Shown piece by piece: positions 25,710 through 35,143 of a DNA stretch of 38,993 nucleotides. The stretch's first letter is position 1, and the number at the start of each line of letters is the position of its first letter. Source of the DNA: Meiothermus sp. (GTDB lineage: Bacteria; Deinococcota; Deinococci; Deinococcales; Thermaceae); contig JANRLD010000118.1 of NCBI GenBank assembly GCA_033762915.1, forward strand, positions 1 through 38,993, written 5' to 3'. A program made the position numbers and the translations under genes. A model generated the notes under the pieces. It made no database searches and was not told where the DNA came from. It worked only from the letters and a program-made list of their open reading frames with translations.

Positions 25710-26918
25710 TTAGGGGTTTCTTACAGCCCTAAACACCTGCGAGGTGAACGCCGGGCCGGTGGGGACAAACTTGCCGCCCTTGGCCTCGAGCACCCGCAGC
25801 CCCTCGGCCCCGGTCTGCTCGCTGCGGCTGAAGTCGATCTCGATGCCCTGCTTGGTCGAGACCGCGAAACCGGGCTTGTAGGCGTTGGGGCCGTTCATGC
25901 CGATGATGGCTTGGTAGACGGTGTCGCTGTTGATGCGCCCGTTGTTGCGCTGGGCGGCCCGCTTCATGGCCTCTACGGTGATGGCAGCGGCCAGCATGCC
26001 GGCGGTGTAGTTGGTGGAGTTGAGGATGTCAGCGTTGCGGCCATACCTGGCAGCGAGCTGCTTCTGCAGGGTGATGCCGGGGGTGTTCTCGTCGAGGGTG
26101 AAGTAGCTGCTGGCCCAGAGGAAACCCTCGGCGGCGTCGCCGGCTAGGCGGATCAGGTCGGAGCCGCCGGTGTAGACCGCGCCCATCTGGCGAATCTTGC
26201 TGTCCAGCCCCAGGCGTTTGGCGTCCTTGAGGATGTTGGCCACCGGCCCGGCCACATTTTGGTGCAGGATAAACTCGGCCCCGGCCTGGTCAAGCGCCCG
26301 CAGCAGCGCGGTGTTGTCGAGGTTGCCGCCGCCCACCTCGCGCACATCGACTACGGTCTGGCCGAGGCGCTGCGCGGCCCTCCGGGCGTGATCCACCACC
26401 GCCCGGCCGAAGGGGCTGGGGTTGACCACCAGGGCGATCTTGGCCCCCTTCTTGAAGTCGCGGTTGATGTACTCCTGCAAGGCCACGATCTGCTCGGAGT
26501 AGGAGCTGGCCGCCAAGAACATGAACTGGTTGTTGGGCGGGTCGATCAGCCCGATGTGGGCCGAGGCCGGGATGGTGGGCATCTTGACCTCGTTGATCAG
26601 GGGCTTGAGCTGGAGCATGGCGCCGGTGGAGTAGCCCAGGTACATCGCGGGCTTGGCCCGGTCGAGGGCCTCCTCGAAGATGCGCTGGGTGTTGGGGTTC
26701 TGGTACTGGTCGTCGCGCACCGTGCAGGCCAGGGTGATGTTGGGGATCAGCTTCTGCTCGTTGGCATACTTGCAGTAGTCCTCGATCCCCGCCCCGTACG
26801 GCCCGCCCACGTCCGAGGTGGGGCCGGTCACCGCCCCCGACCACAGGATGTTCACCGTGTTTTGCGCCGCCGCAAGGCCGAGCGCCGCCACCGTCGCCAG
26901 AACGAAAACTCTCTTCAT
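25710..26918 (-). CDS. Liv-type ABC transporter substrate-binding protein
   Basis: AGGAGG RBS before MKRVFV; signal peptide; TGPTSDVG periplasmic-binding protein type 1 N-terminus; operon context. Confidence 0.88.
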   Translation of the reverse strand: MKRVFVLATVAALGLAAAQNTVNILWSGAVTGPTSDVGGPYGAGIEDYCKYANEQKLIPNITLACTVRDDQYQNPNTQRIFEEALDRAKPAMYLGYSTGAMLQLKPLINEVKMPTIPASAHIGLIDPPNNQFMFLAASSYSEQIVALQEYINRDFKKGAKIALVVNPSPFGRAVVDHARRAAQRLGQTVVDVREVGGGNLDNTALLRALDQAGAEFILHQNVAGPVANILKDAKRLGLDSKIRQMGAVYTGGSDLIRLAGDAAEGFLWASSYFTLDENTPGITLQKQLAARYGRNADILNSTNYTAGMLAAAITVEAMKRAAQRNNGRINSDTVYQAIIGMNGPNAYKPGFAVSTKQGIEIDFSRSEQTGAEGLRVLEAKGGKFVPTGPAFTSQVFRAVRNP

Positions 26919-27042
26919 ACCTCCTCCTTTGGGTCTGTGTATCTGCAACGCACGTCAGGTGCGGTGTTGCCTAAATCGAGACAAAGGGAGGTGAGCGACG
27001 GAGAAAACACGGGGTCTCGAGGTTTCACGCTCCCCTTCCCTC

Positions 27043-28119
27043 CTAAAACTTGAACGGCCAGGTTCGGAAGTAACTCCGCAAGAGCCGCCACCAGTTGTAT
27101 AGGCCCCGGGGCTCGAACATCAGGAACAGCACGATGACCAGGCCGAAGGTGAGGGGCAGCAGGGCGGAGGCTAGGTCGACTCCGGCCGGGATGATTCGCT
27201 GGACGGCCTCGTTGGCCTTGATGGCCTCGGAAACCCGCTCCATCCCGATGGAGAGGAACTCGAGGAACGCCGGGCCGAGCAGGCTCCCCACCACCGTCCC
27301 CAGGCCGCCCACAATCGCCATCGCCAGGAAGGTGACCGACTGCCCCAGCGTGAACTCCTCGATCACCACGCTGCGGCTGAAGTAGGCCAGCAGCCCACCC
27401 GCCACCCCGCCGTAGAACGCCCCCAGCGCGAAGGCGGTGAGCTTGGTGAAGCCGGGGTCCATCCCCATGGCGTCGGCGGCGCGGTCGTTGTCGCGCACGG
27501 CGATCAGGGCCCGCCCGTACTTGCCGCGCAGCAGGTTGCGCCAGAGGATCACCATCAGCACCAGCACGAACAGGATGACGTAGTACCAGAAGAAGTTGTG
27601 GTTGCGGAAGCCGATCTCGAGGCCCAGAAAGTTGCGCATCTCCACCGGGATCGCCGCGCCCTGAGCGAGCGCGGGCGAGCGCCCGACCACCCAGACGAAG
27701 ATTTCCTGGAAGGCCAGTGTCGCGAGCGCGAGGTAGAGGTGCTTGACCCGCAGACTGGGAATCCCCACCACCCCGCCCACAACCGCTGCCAGCAAACCGC
27801 CGAGCGGAATTGTTATCCAGAACGGCAGGTGCGGAGCGGTGAGCGCCACCGTGTACGCCCCCACGCCCATGAACGCCGCCTGACCGACGCTGATCAAGCC
27901 CGCGTAGCCCGTGGTGATATTCAGACCCAGCACCGCGATCGCGTAGATCAGGATGAAGTTAAGCACCAATACCTGGGAGCGCTCGAGGAACATCGGCAGT
28001 ACACACATCGCCACCAGCAAGAGCACCACCGATACGATCTCCCGGTAGGTCGCGAAGATGGTGGTGTCCTGCTCGTAGGAGGTCCGGTAGTTGCCGGTCT
28101 GTGCCCAGGGGTTACGCAT
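27043..28119 (-). CDS. livM: Liv-type ABC permease (LivM-like)
   Basis: GLNITTGYAGLISVGQAAF, YLALATLAF, GRALIAVRDND.AA, IVGGLG. Confidence 0.9.
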   Translation of the reverse strand: MRNPWAQTGNYRTSYEQDTTIFATYREIVSVVLLLVAMCVLPMFLERSQVLVLNFILIYAIAVLGLNITTGYAGLISVGQAAFMGVGAYTVALTAPHLPFWITIPLGGLLAAVVGGVVGIPSLRVKHLYLALATLAFQEIFVWVVGRSPALAQGAAIPVEMRNFLGLEIGFRNHNFFWYYVILFVLVLMVILWRNLLRGKYGRALIAVRDNDRAADAMGMDPGFTKLTAFALGAFYGGVAGGLLAYFSRSVVIEEFTLGQSVTFLAMAIVGGLGTVVGSLLGPAFLEFLSIGMERVSEAIKANEAVQRIIPAGVDLASALLPLTFGLVIVLFLMFEPRGLYNWWRLLRSYFRTWPFKF

Positions 28120-28272
28120 GGGTGCCTCCGGCGCGGCGCAGGCCTAGCGCGTTAAGCCGTACCCAAAACCCGCGCAGTCTGGGTGCCCCCAAAGGCCGAG
28201 CCGCAGTGTTGGCCGCCTCGTGGGCGCAGGCAGTGGCATAAGAGGTTTGACCTAAGTGGTACGACATCCCCA

Positions 28273-29181
28273 TCACACCCTCTCAATCTCGGCCGTGCCA
28301 AACAGCCCGTGCGGCTTGAACCAGAGCATCACCAGCAGCACCACGAAGGGCATCACGTACTGCGAGCCGCCGCCGACCAGGCCGATTTGCGTGAGCAGCC
28401 CATCGAGGTAGGCGGTCGAGAAGGACTGCAAGACCCCGATGGTGATGCCGCCGACAACCGCCCCAGGGATCGAGTCGAGGCCGCCCAGGATCACCGCTGG
28501 GAAGACCGCCAGCCCGATGGCGATTAGGCCGTCCTGGTTGAGGCCCGAGACCGTGCCCACCACGATGCCCGCGGCTGCCGCGGTTATGCCCGCTACCGCC
28601 CAGGCCAGCGCGAAGACCCGCTTGACCGAAACCCCCACGCTCATCGAGGCCATCTGGTCGTCGGCTACGGCCCGCATCGAGATGCCCAGCACCGAGCGCT
28701 GGAAGAACCAGCCGAAGAGGATCAGGAAGACGGCGGTGAAGGTGATGGCGAGCGCCTGCGGGTACGAGAGGCTGATCCCGCCCAGGCTGAGGTTGCCCTG
28801 CGGGAGGAAGGCCGGAAAGGTGAAGTTGCCCGAGCCGAATGGCGTGAGGTACATCAGCCCGTCCAGCACCGAGGCCAGCCCGATCGTCACCATGATCACC
28901 GAGATGATCGGCTGACCCACCAGCTTTCGCAGAAAGACCCGCTCTACCACGAAGCCCAGCCCGGCCGTGAGCAGCATCGCTGCGATCGCCGCCAGCCAGA
29001 CCGGCAGCCCCGCCCAGCTTGCCAGCGCGTAGGCGGCGAAGGCCCCGATGGCGATGAACTGGCCGTTGGAGAAGTTGATTACCCGGCTGGACTTGTACAC
29101 CAGCACGAACCCCAGCGCCGCCAGTGCGTAGATGCACCCCACCGCCACGCCGGAAATTAGGTTCTGCAGAAAGTCAATCAC
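28273..29181 (-). CDS. livH: Liv-type ABC permease (LivH-like)
   Basis: GGAGG plus GTG start (VIDFLQNL); YALAALGFVLVYK..VINF, GISMRAVADD, ILGGLDS. Confidence 0.9.
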   Translation of the reverse strand: MIDFLQNLISGVAVGCIYALAALGFVLVYKSSRVINFSNGQFIAIGAFAAYALASWAGLPVWLAAIAAMLLTAGLGFVVERVFLRKLVGQPIISVIMVTIGLASVLDGLMYLTPFGSGNFTFPAFLPQGNLSLGGISLSYPQALAITFTAVFLILFGWFFQRSVLGISMRAVADDQMASMSVGVSVKRVFALAWAVAGITAAAAGIVVGTVSGLNQDGLIAIGLAVFPAVILGGLDSIPGAVVGGITIGVLQSFSTAYLDGLLTQIGLVGGGSQYVMPFVVLLVMLWFKPHGLFGTAEIERV

Positions 29182-29393
29182 GCACGGCCTCCGTACCAAA
29201 GTCGCTGCATCGCCGGGTCTTCTCCCATTGCGGTGGGAGACCGAGCGCCGGGATGGGCGCGGCGAATACCTTTCCCCCCACCCTATCCCCGCCGTTGGGG
29301 AAGACCTGCCTTTGCCGCAAGCGATGCCTGGCACCGAGGTCGGGGTTCATGCGCCCCTTGCTCGAGCCGGCCTCCCGCGCCAGACAAGGCGGC

Positions 29394-31352
29394 TCAGCGT
29401 GCGACATAGCCCCCCTCACTCGAGGCCACGGCAGAGGGCTCGGCCTCGAGGACGTTCACTTCGGTCGAGACCTTCTGCACCGAGCCGTCCTGGTACTTGA
29501 ACTCGGTGTCCACGCGCACCTTGCTCACCCCGCCGTACAGTCCCTCCACTATCGGCCGGTAGCGCTCCTGTACGAACTTGCGGCGCACCTTTCCGGTGCG
29601 GGTCAGCTCGTCGTCGTCGGCGTCGAGCAGCTTGTAGAGCAGCACGAAGCGCCTCAGACGTAAGTGCTCGGGCAGGCCCTCGTTCACGCCGTGCACCTCC
29701 CTGCGGATGAGGTCGGCGACCTGGCTTTTCTGTGAAAGGTCGATGTAGGTGGTGTAGGCGATGCCCTTGTCCTCTGCCCACTTGCCCACAGTCTGGGGGT
29801 CGACATTGATGAAGGCAGTCAGGTAGGGCCTCTGGTCGCCGAAGACCACCGCCTCTTTGATGTAGGGCGAGAACTTAAGCTTGTTCTCGATGAACTGCGG
29901 GCTGAACATCTGGCCGGTGCTGGTATGCATCACGTCGGACACCCGGTCGATCACCACCAGGTGCCCCTCGGGGGTCAGGTAGCCCGCGTCGCCGGTGTGC
30001 AGCCAGCCGTCCACGAAGGTCTCGAGGGTGGCCTCGGGGCGCTCCCAGTAGCCCGCCACCACTGCGTCAGACCTGGCCAGGATCTCGCCGCTCTCGGCGA
30101 TCTTCACCTCGCCGCCGGGGATTGGGACGCCCACGGTGTCGTTGCGAACGTCGCCGTCGCGGTGGACGAAGGCGATGCCGATGATCTCGGTCTGGCCGTA
30201 AATCTGCTTAAGGTTGACCCCGATGGCGTGGTAGAACTTGAACACATCCGGCCCCAGTGCCGCCCCGCCCGTGTAGGCGCGGCGCAGCCGCAGGAAGCCC
30301 AACTGGTCGCGCAGCGGCTTAAACATGATCTGGTCGGCGAACCAGTAGGCGAGCCCCAGCCCGAGGGGCATCGGCCTGCCTTTCATGCGGTACTCGGCGG
30401 CCCTGTAGCCGATGCTGAGCATGGCCTTGTAGACCCAGCGGTTGAAGGCATACGTCTCGGAAATCCGCACCCAGATGTTGCTCTGAATGCCCTCCCAGAC
30501 CCTCGGCGGGCTGAACACCACGTGCGGCCCGATCTCCTTAAGGTCGGACATCGCGGTGTCGACGGATTCGGGAAAGTTCACCGCGAAGCCACCGGAGAGC
30601 GCCATCCCCACCGACATCATCTGCTCCCCGATCCAGGCGAAGGGCAGGAAGCTCAGGTAGTCGTCGGTCGGCTTAAGCGGGTCAATCTCTTGCAGCGCCA
30701 CCCCCATGTGGACGAGGTTCTTGTGCATCAGCATGGCAGCTTTGGGGCGTCCGGTGGTGCCCGAGGTGAGGGAGAAGTGGCACACGTCCTCGGGCTTTCC
30801 CTGGTCAATTAAATCGTCGACAGCCTTGGGGTGCTTGCGCTGATAGGCTGCCCCCAGCTCGAGCACTTCTGCGAAGCTCATGATCCAGGGGTCGCCGTCG
30901 TAGGCCTTCATCCCCTTGGGATCTTCGTAGATCACCGTGCGGACGGTGGGGATCTCGCTCCGAATCTCCAGCAGTTTGTCGACCTGCTCCTGATCCTCGG
31001 CAACGACAATCGCGCATCCGGTGTACGACAGCACGTAGGCGACCTCGGGGGCCAGCGAGGACTGGTACACCCCCACCGAAATTCCCCCCACCGCCTGCGT
31101 CCCCAGCTCGGCGTACAGCCACTCGGGGATGTTGTCCGCCATCACCGCCAGCCGCTCGCCGGGCTTAAAGCCAAGCTCGAGCAGCCCGTTGGCGAATAGC
31201 ATCGCCTTGCGGAAGTACTCGGCGTAGCTCACCTCGTTCCAGATCCCGTAATCCTTCTGCCGCATCGCGACCGCTGTCGGTGTGCTCTGCGCCCGCATCC
31301 GCAGCAGCTGGGGGAGGGTGTGCTTTTTGAGGTCGTAGCCCGACGGCATCAT
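29394..31352 (-). CDS. Long-chain acyl-CoA synthetase-like AMP-binding enzyme
   Basis: TSGTTGRPK, YGQTE, GWLHTGDAG, IDR, ELTRTGKVRR; GGAGG RBS. Confidence 0.92.
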   Translation of the reverse strand: MMPSGYDLKKHTLPQLLRMRAQSTPTAVAMRQKDYGIWNEVSYAEYFRKAMLFANGLLELGFKPGERLAVMADNIPEWLYAELGTQAVGGISVGVYQSSLAPEVAYVLSYTGCAIVVAEDQEQVDKLLEIRSEIPTVRTVIYEDPKGMKAYDGDPWIMSFAEVLELGAAYQRKHPKAVDDLIDQGKPEDVCHFSLTSGTTGRPKAAMLMHKNLVHMGVALQEIDPLKPTDDYLSFLPFAWIGEQMMSVGMALSGGFAVNFPESVDTAMSDLKEIGPHVVFSPPRVWEGIQSNIWVRISETYAFNRWVYKAMLSIGYRAAEYRMKGRPMPLGLGLAYWFADQIMFKPLRDQLGFLRLRRAYTGGAALGPDVFKFYHAIGVNLKQIYGQTEIIGIAFVHRDGDVRNDTVGVPIPGGEVKIAESGEILARSDAVVAGYWERPEATLETFVDGWLHTGDAGYLTPEGHLVVIDRVSDVMHTSTGQMFSPQFIENKLKFSPYIKEAVVFGDQRPYLTAFINVDPQTVGKWAEDKGIAYTTYIDLSQKSQVADLIRREVHGVNEGLPEHLRLRRFVLLYKLLDADDDELTRTGKVRRKFVQERYRPIVEGLYGGVSKVRVDTEFKYQDGSVQKVSTEVNVLEAEPSAVASSEGGYVAR

Positions 31353-31382
31353 CCCCAACCTCCTGCGGCCTTCGACCCCGCC

Positions 31383-32147
31383 TCAGGCCGCATGATCCAC
31401 CCCCACATACGCCTCCTGTACCCGGGGGTTCGCGCTGACCTCCTCCGGCAGTCCGGAGGCGATGAGCTGGCCGAAGTCGAGGACGTTGACGCGCTGGGAG
31501 ATGTCCATCACCACCCCCAGGTCGTGCTCGATGAGGATAATGGTGGTGCCGCGCTCGTGGATGTCGAGGATGAAGCGCACCATGTCCTCTTTTTCCTCGA
31601 GGGTCATCCCCGCCATGGGCTCGTCGAGGAGCAAGAGTTTGGGGGAGAGGGAGAGCGCTCGAGCGACCTCCACCCGCTTGCGAACGCCGTAGGGGAGGTT
31701 TCCGACCAGCGCCTTGCGGACGCCCTCGAGTTCCATGAAGTCGATCACCTCCTCGACAATCCGGCGGTTGGCGACGCCCTCCCTCATGGCCTTGCCGTAG
31801 ACCCAGACTGCCTCGAGGAAGTTGTACTTGTAGAAGGTGTGGCGGGCCAGCAGGAGATTCTCGAGTACGGTCAGCCCGGAGAACAGCTCGATGTTTTGAA
31901 AGGCGCGCGCGATTCCGTACTTGGTCACCTGGTGCGGCGAGGCGTGGGTGAGGTCGTGCCCCTCGAAGGTGATCCGGCCCGCGCTGGGGTGATAGAAGCC
32001 GGAGATGCAGTTGAGCAGGCTGGTCTTGCCCGCCCCGTTCGGCCCAATCACCGAGACCAGCTCGCCCTGTTTCACGTCCAGCGAAACATCGGTAAGGGCG
32101 TTGACCCCCCCGAACCTCAGGGAAACATTTTTCACCTCGAGCTGCAC
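31383..32147 (-). CDS. livG: Branched-chain amino acid-type ABC ATPase (LivG-like)
   Basis: FGGVNAL, GPNGAGKT, LPYG, LLLDEPMAG, IEHD, V.EAY. Confidence 0.92.
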   Translation of the reverse strand: MQLEVKNVSLRFGGVNALTDVSLDVKQGELVSVIGPNGAGKTSLLNCISGFYHPSAGRITFEGHDLTHASPHQVTKYGIARAFQNIELFSGLTVLENLLLARHTFYKYNFLEAVWVYGKAMREGVANRRIVEEVIDFMELEGVRKALVGNLPYGVRKRVEVARALSLSPKLLLLDEPMAGMTLEEKEDMVRFILDIHERGTTIILIEHDLGVVMDISQRVNVLDFGQLIASGLPEEVSANPRVQEAYVGVDHAA

Positions 32148-32223
32148 CGGGCCTCCTAGTGGGTTGGGCGAAATAGCCTCACAAAAGCGGCGAAACTTCG
32201 TTGCTTACGCTACTTCCTCAAGA

Positions 32224-32237
32224 CTAACGAGCGTTTG
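32224..32237. promoter_or_regulatory. TetR-family (PaaR/PfmR-like) operator CTAACGAGCGTTTG
   Basis: Fits the pseudopalindrome CNAACGNNCGTTNG; lies ~10 bp downstream of the liv operon -10. Confidence 0.6.
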
Positions 32238-32246
32238 GTTGGCGTG

Positions 32247-32275
32247 AGTATACGGGGGAGCCGGGGGGTTGTCAA
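32247..32275 (-). promoter_or_regulatory. Sigma70 promoter of the liv/acyl-CoA ligase operon (TTGACA-17-TATACT)
   Basis: Near-perfect consensus on the minus strand. Confidence 0.85.
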
Positions 32276-32305
32276 CGCTTTGCGACAGAGGATGCGGAAA
32301 AACGT

Positions 32306-32503
32306 TATAGGTTGCGCCAGGGTAGAGGTGCGGAAAGGGCGATTACGGTAAATACATGCCGGGGCGGAGTGGCGTGCGCGATAGCCGCGGAGCGGCTACC
32401 CAGGGCGGAGTGGCGTACGCCATAGCCGCAGAGCGGCTACCCGAGGCGCAATCCCCTGCGGGAGCTGGCGGGCGATATGCCGTATTCCAACTATGAAGAC
32501 ACT
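32306..32503. mobile_element. MITE-like dispersed repeat, copy 2, with an internal 41-bp tandem duplication
   Basis: Aligns with 18782-18934; the module GGGCGGAGTGGCGT.CGC.ATAGCCGC.GAGCGGCTACCC occurs at 32362 and 32403. Confidence 0.65.
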
Positions 32504-32759
32504 TAAGGCGCTCCAGGGTCTTTGCCGGACGGCCGGATGGCGCAGTCACATGCCCCGCCACACGTACTGGCCCGGTTCTTTGGCGTCGTTTCGGCGCAAC
32601 CTTGCGCCTCAGCCACAAAGACCCCTAGCTGACGTGCGGCCCAAGGCGACCGGCGGGAAGCCATGGCGGTTGGGAACCGTAGATTGCTTGTCCCTAACGC
32701 TGCTCTCGAGCGCTTTCGGCTTTTGCTCCTGCCTCCGGCTTCCCGCCACCCGCAAGATG

Positions 32760-32768
32760 TGTTACACT
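32760..32768 (+). promoter_or_regulatory. Extended -10 promoter for rpmH (TGTTACACT)
   Basis: TGn-TACACT ~65 nt upstream of rpmH. Confidence 0.55.
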
Positions 32769-32833
32769 TCTAGGGTTGCTGGCATCGCCCCAGCAGGACT
32801 TTGCGTGGCATTGCGCCACTTTTCGGAGGAACC

Positions 32834-32992
32834 ATGAAACGCACCTGGCAACCCAACAAGCGCAAGCGCGCCAAGACCCACGGCTTCCGTGCCCGCATGA
32901 AGACCGTCGGCGGTCGCAAAGTACTGGCCCGCCGCCGCGCCAAGGGCCGCGTCAAGCTCAGCGTCAGCGCCGAGCCCCAGCTCAGCCGATAG
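32834..32992 (+). CDS. rpmH: 50S ribosomal protein L34
   Basis: [47 protein letters not shown]. Confidence 0.98.
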   Translation: MKRTWQPNKRKRAKTHGFRARMKTVGGRKVLARRRAKGRVKLSVSAEPQLSR

Positions 32993-33009
32993 GTTTCGGG
33001 TGACCCGCT

Positions 33010-33041
33010 AGCTCCCCGAGTTTTTGGGGAGTTCTTTTTTT
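33010..33041 (+). terminator. Intrinsic terminator-like hairpin between rpmH and rnpA
   Basis: AGCTCCCCGA-GTTT-TTGGGGAGTT followed by CTTTTTTT. Confidence 0.7.
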
Positions 33042-33116
33042 GAAACAGGAAGCCCGATAGCGAAGGCGGGCTCGAGGCCGTTTCCTTTCCCCATTTCCAC
33101 TCTCCCCCCTGCCGTT

Positions 33117-33446
33117 ATGCCTTTTTCTTCCCTCAAAGGCGAGAAGTCCTTCAACCGCGCCCGTGGCGGACGGCCCGGGCGCGGGAGGCTGGTTTCGGTC
33201 CGCTGGAACCCGCTCCGCCCCAACGCCTTCAACCCCGTACGGGTGGGGATCGTGGTATCGAAGAAAGTGGGCAAGGCGGTGGTGCGCAACAGGATCCGCC
33301 GGCGCCTCAAGGAGATTCTGCGGAAGATGCACCTGCCCCCCTCCGAGACCGTGATTGTGGTGCAGCCCGAGGCCGCTGCCGCTTCCTACTGGGAACTGCT
33401 CAGGGACCTAAGCCACGCGATGAAGAAGAGCGGGTTGGTGCAGTGA
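33117..33446 (+). CDS. rnpA: Ribonuclease P protein component
   Basis: SLKG..F, RVGIVVSKKVGKAVVRNRIRRRLKE (RNR motif), KSGLVQ end as in Thermus; start uncertain (ATG 33117 or TTG 33024). Confidence 0.93.
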   Translation: MPFSSLKGEKSFNRARGGRPGRGRLVSVRWNPLRPNAFNPVRVGIVVSKKVGKAVVRNRIRRRLKEILRKMHLPPSETVIVVQPEAAAASYWELLRDLSHAMKKSGLVQ

Positions 33447-33633
33447 GGGCCACGAACCGCGCATGCGCGGCGGGAGTCTACTTCCGGCCTCCCCCTCGAG
33501 GTGCCCCTGCTGCGCCGGGGTTCGGATGTCCTTCAGAGAACTCCCCTGGCGTCCGGCCTGTGTACTGGCCGGGAGGGTGGGAGCCTAACCGCGCTTACTA
33601 TCCGTCTATTTTTTGACTCGGTATAATTTGCTC

Positions 33634-34617
33634 ATGTCTACGCCCAGCGCCCTCCGTCTGTCGCAGCAAGTCGCGGCGGGCGTTTTCGCCATCCCGGTGC
33701 CGATCCCCTACCCGTTTAGGTACGTCAACTGCTACCTGCTGCTGGGCGACGGGGCGGTGCTGGTGGACTGCGCACTGGACACCCCGGAGGCCACCGCCGC
33801 CCTCGAGGCTGCCCTGCTCGAGCACGGCCTGAGGTACGCCGACCTCGAGCGCCTGGTGCTGACGCACCACCACCCCGACCACTACGGCTTGGCGGGTCTG
33901 ATCGAGCGGGAGGGGGTGGGGGTGTGGATGCTGGACGTGGAACTCGAGCGGGGCCACGTCTTCTGGACGCGGGAGGCCGAGATGAGTGCGGCCAACCGGG
34001 CGCTGTTCGGCCTGCACGGGGTTCCCGAAGCGGCGCTCAGTGACATCGGGCAGAACATGGGGCGCACCCGCAGACAGGTGCACCCGGCCCATAGCCCCAA
34101 ATCCTTCGCCGACAACGAGGTGCTGACGCTGGCTGGGCAGGAGTGGCGGGCTATCTGGACGCCCGGCCACGCCGACGGTCACGCGATGCTCTTCCGCGAG
34201 GCGGACGGGGTACTGCTGGCGGGCGACCAGATCTTGGAGCGCATCTCGCCCAACGTCGGGATTTGGGCCTACTCCTACCCCGACCCCCTGGGGATGTTCC
34301 TGAAGAGCCTCGAGCGCACCCGCGGCCTCGGCGCGAGGCTGGCCCTGCCAGGGCATTACCGCCCCATCGCCGCCGTGGCTGGGCGGGTGGACGAGCTAAA
34401 GGCCCACCACGCCGAGCGCCTGGAGTTCTTAACCGGCCTGATGACCGAGCCCCAGACCGCCTGGGCGCTGTCGCTGGGCCTGTTTGCCGGCGGCCTCAAC
34501 CCCGTCCAGCGCCGCTTCGCCTGGTCGGAGACGCTGGCCCACCTCGAGTACCTGGTGGGGCAGGGGAGGGCCATACGGCTCGAGGGCGAGGTGGTGCGGT
34601 TCGCGTTGGGCGGATGA
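33634..34617 (+). CDS. Metallo-beta-lactamase fold hydrolase with C-terminal winged helix
   Basis: THHHPDH, TPGHADGH, AGDQIL, LPGH, ETLAHLEYL; TATAAT 6 nt before ATG. Confidence 0.92.
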   Translation: MSTPSALRLSQQVAAGVFAIPVPIPYPFRYVNCYLLLGDGAVLVDCALDTPEATAALEAALLEHGLRYADLERLVLTHHHPDHYGLAGLIEREGVGVWMLDVELERGHVFWTREAEMSAANRALFGLHGVPEAALSDIGQNMGRTRRQVHPAHSPKSFADNEVLTLAGQEWRAIWTPGHADGHAMLFREADGVLLAGDQILERISPNVGIWAYSYPDPLGMFLKSLERTRGLGARLALPGHYRPIAAVAGRVDELKAHHAERLEFLTGLMTEPQTAWALSLGLFAGGLNPVQRRFAWSETLAHLEYLVGQGRAIRLEGEVVRFALGG

Positions 34618-34634
34618 GGGGATACCAAAGAGAA

Positions 34635-34654
34635 AGCCACCCGCAGGGGTGGCT
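34635..34654. terminator. Hairpin between convergent genes (probable terminator)
   Basis: AGCCACCC-GCAG-GGGTGGCT, preceded by an A-rich tract (U-tract on the minus strand). Confidence 0.6.
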
Positions 34655-34705
34655 GTATGGGTATGTTGTGCTGAAAGGATATGTGTGCGGGTTGTGCCTT
34701 GTGCC

Positions 34706-35143
34706 TTACCGCTGGGGCAGTTCGATGCTCTCGCCGCTCTGCTTGGCGTATTCGCCGATCATGTGCTCGAGGTCACGCATGATGGCCCCCTTGTTGACGA
34801 ACAGGTTGAGCGCCAGCTGCACCACCAAGCCGTTGCGCAGCACCAGGGCGTAGTCGTTCACGCCCACCCGTCGCACCCCCTGGATGATGGAGAAATACAG
34901 GTAGTCCGAGCCGCCCAACTGGCTGATCCGCAGGCCGTCGGGGAAGATGGTCAGGCTCAGCAACAGGCCCTCGCGATACCAGTAGACCCCGCCCAGCACC
35001 GCCAGGCCCAGCAGGGCGTAGACGATCCAGCCCAGCCCCTCAATGGGTGCGAACGCGCAGGCCAGGGCCGCCAGGGCCGGCACCCCCACCATTAACCCCG
35101 CCCCCATCGCGTAGCTTCGTTTCTCCTTAGCGCCGATAACCAT
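34706..35143 (-). CDS. Hypothetical membrane protein (2 TM plus PH-like soluble domain)
   Basis: Two hydrophobic segments then a beta-rich region; TACAGT -10 6 nt before ATG. Confidence 0.65.
   Translation of the reverse strand: MVIGAKEKRSYAMGAGLMVGVPALAALACAFAPIEGLGWIVYALLGLAVLGGVYWYREGLLLSLTIFPDGLRISQLGGSDYLYFSIIQGVRRVGVNDYALVLRNGLVVQLALNLFVNKGAIMRDLEHMIGEYAKQSGESIELPQR

Noticed and set aside
32362..32443. Tandem palindromic repeats as a possible CRISPR array
   Set aside because: Only two adjacent units, no spacers and no cas genes.
32500..32830. Possible oriC/DnaA boxes upstream of rpmH
   Set aside because: No clustered TTATCCACA-like boxes, no AT-rich unwinding region and no dnaA in the window.
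32776..33003. ORF resembling the Thermus RnpA N-terminal extension
   Set aside because: The similarity follows from being the alternative frame of rpmH. It stops before the RnpA core and is out of frame with it.
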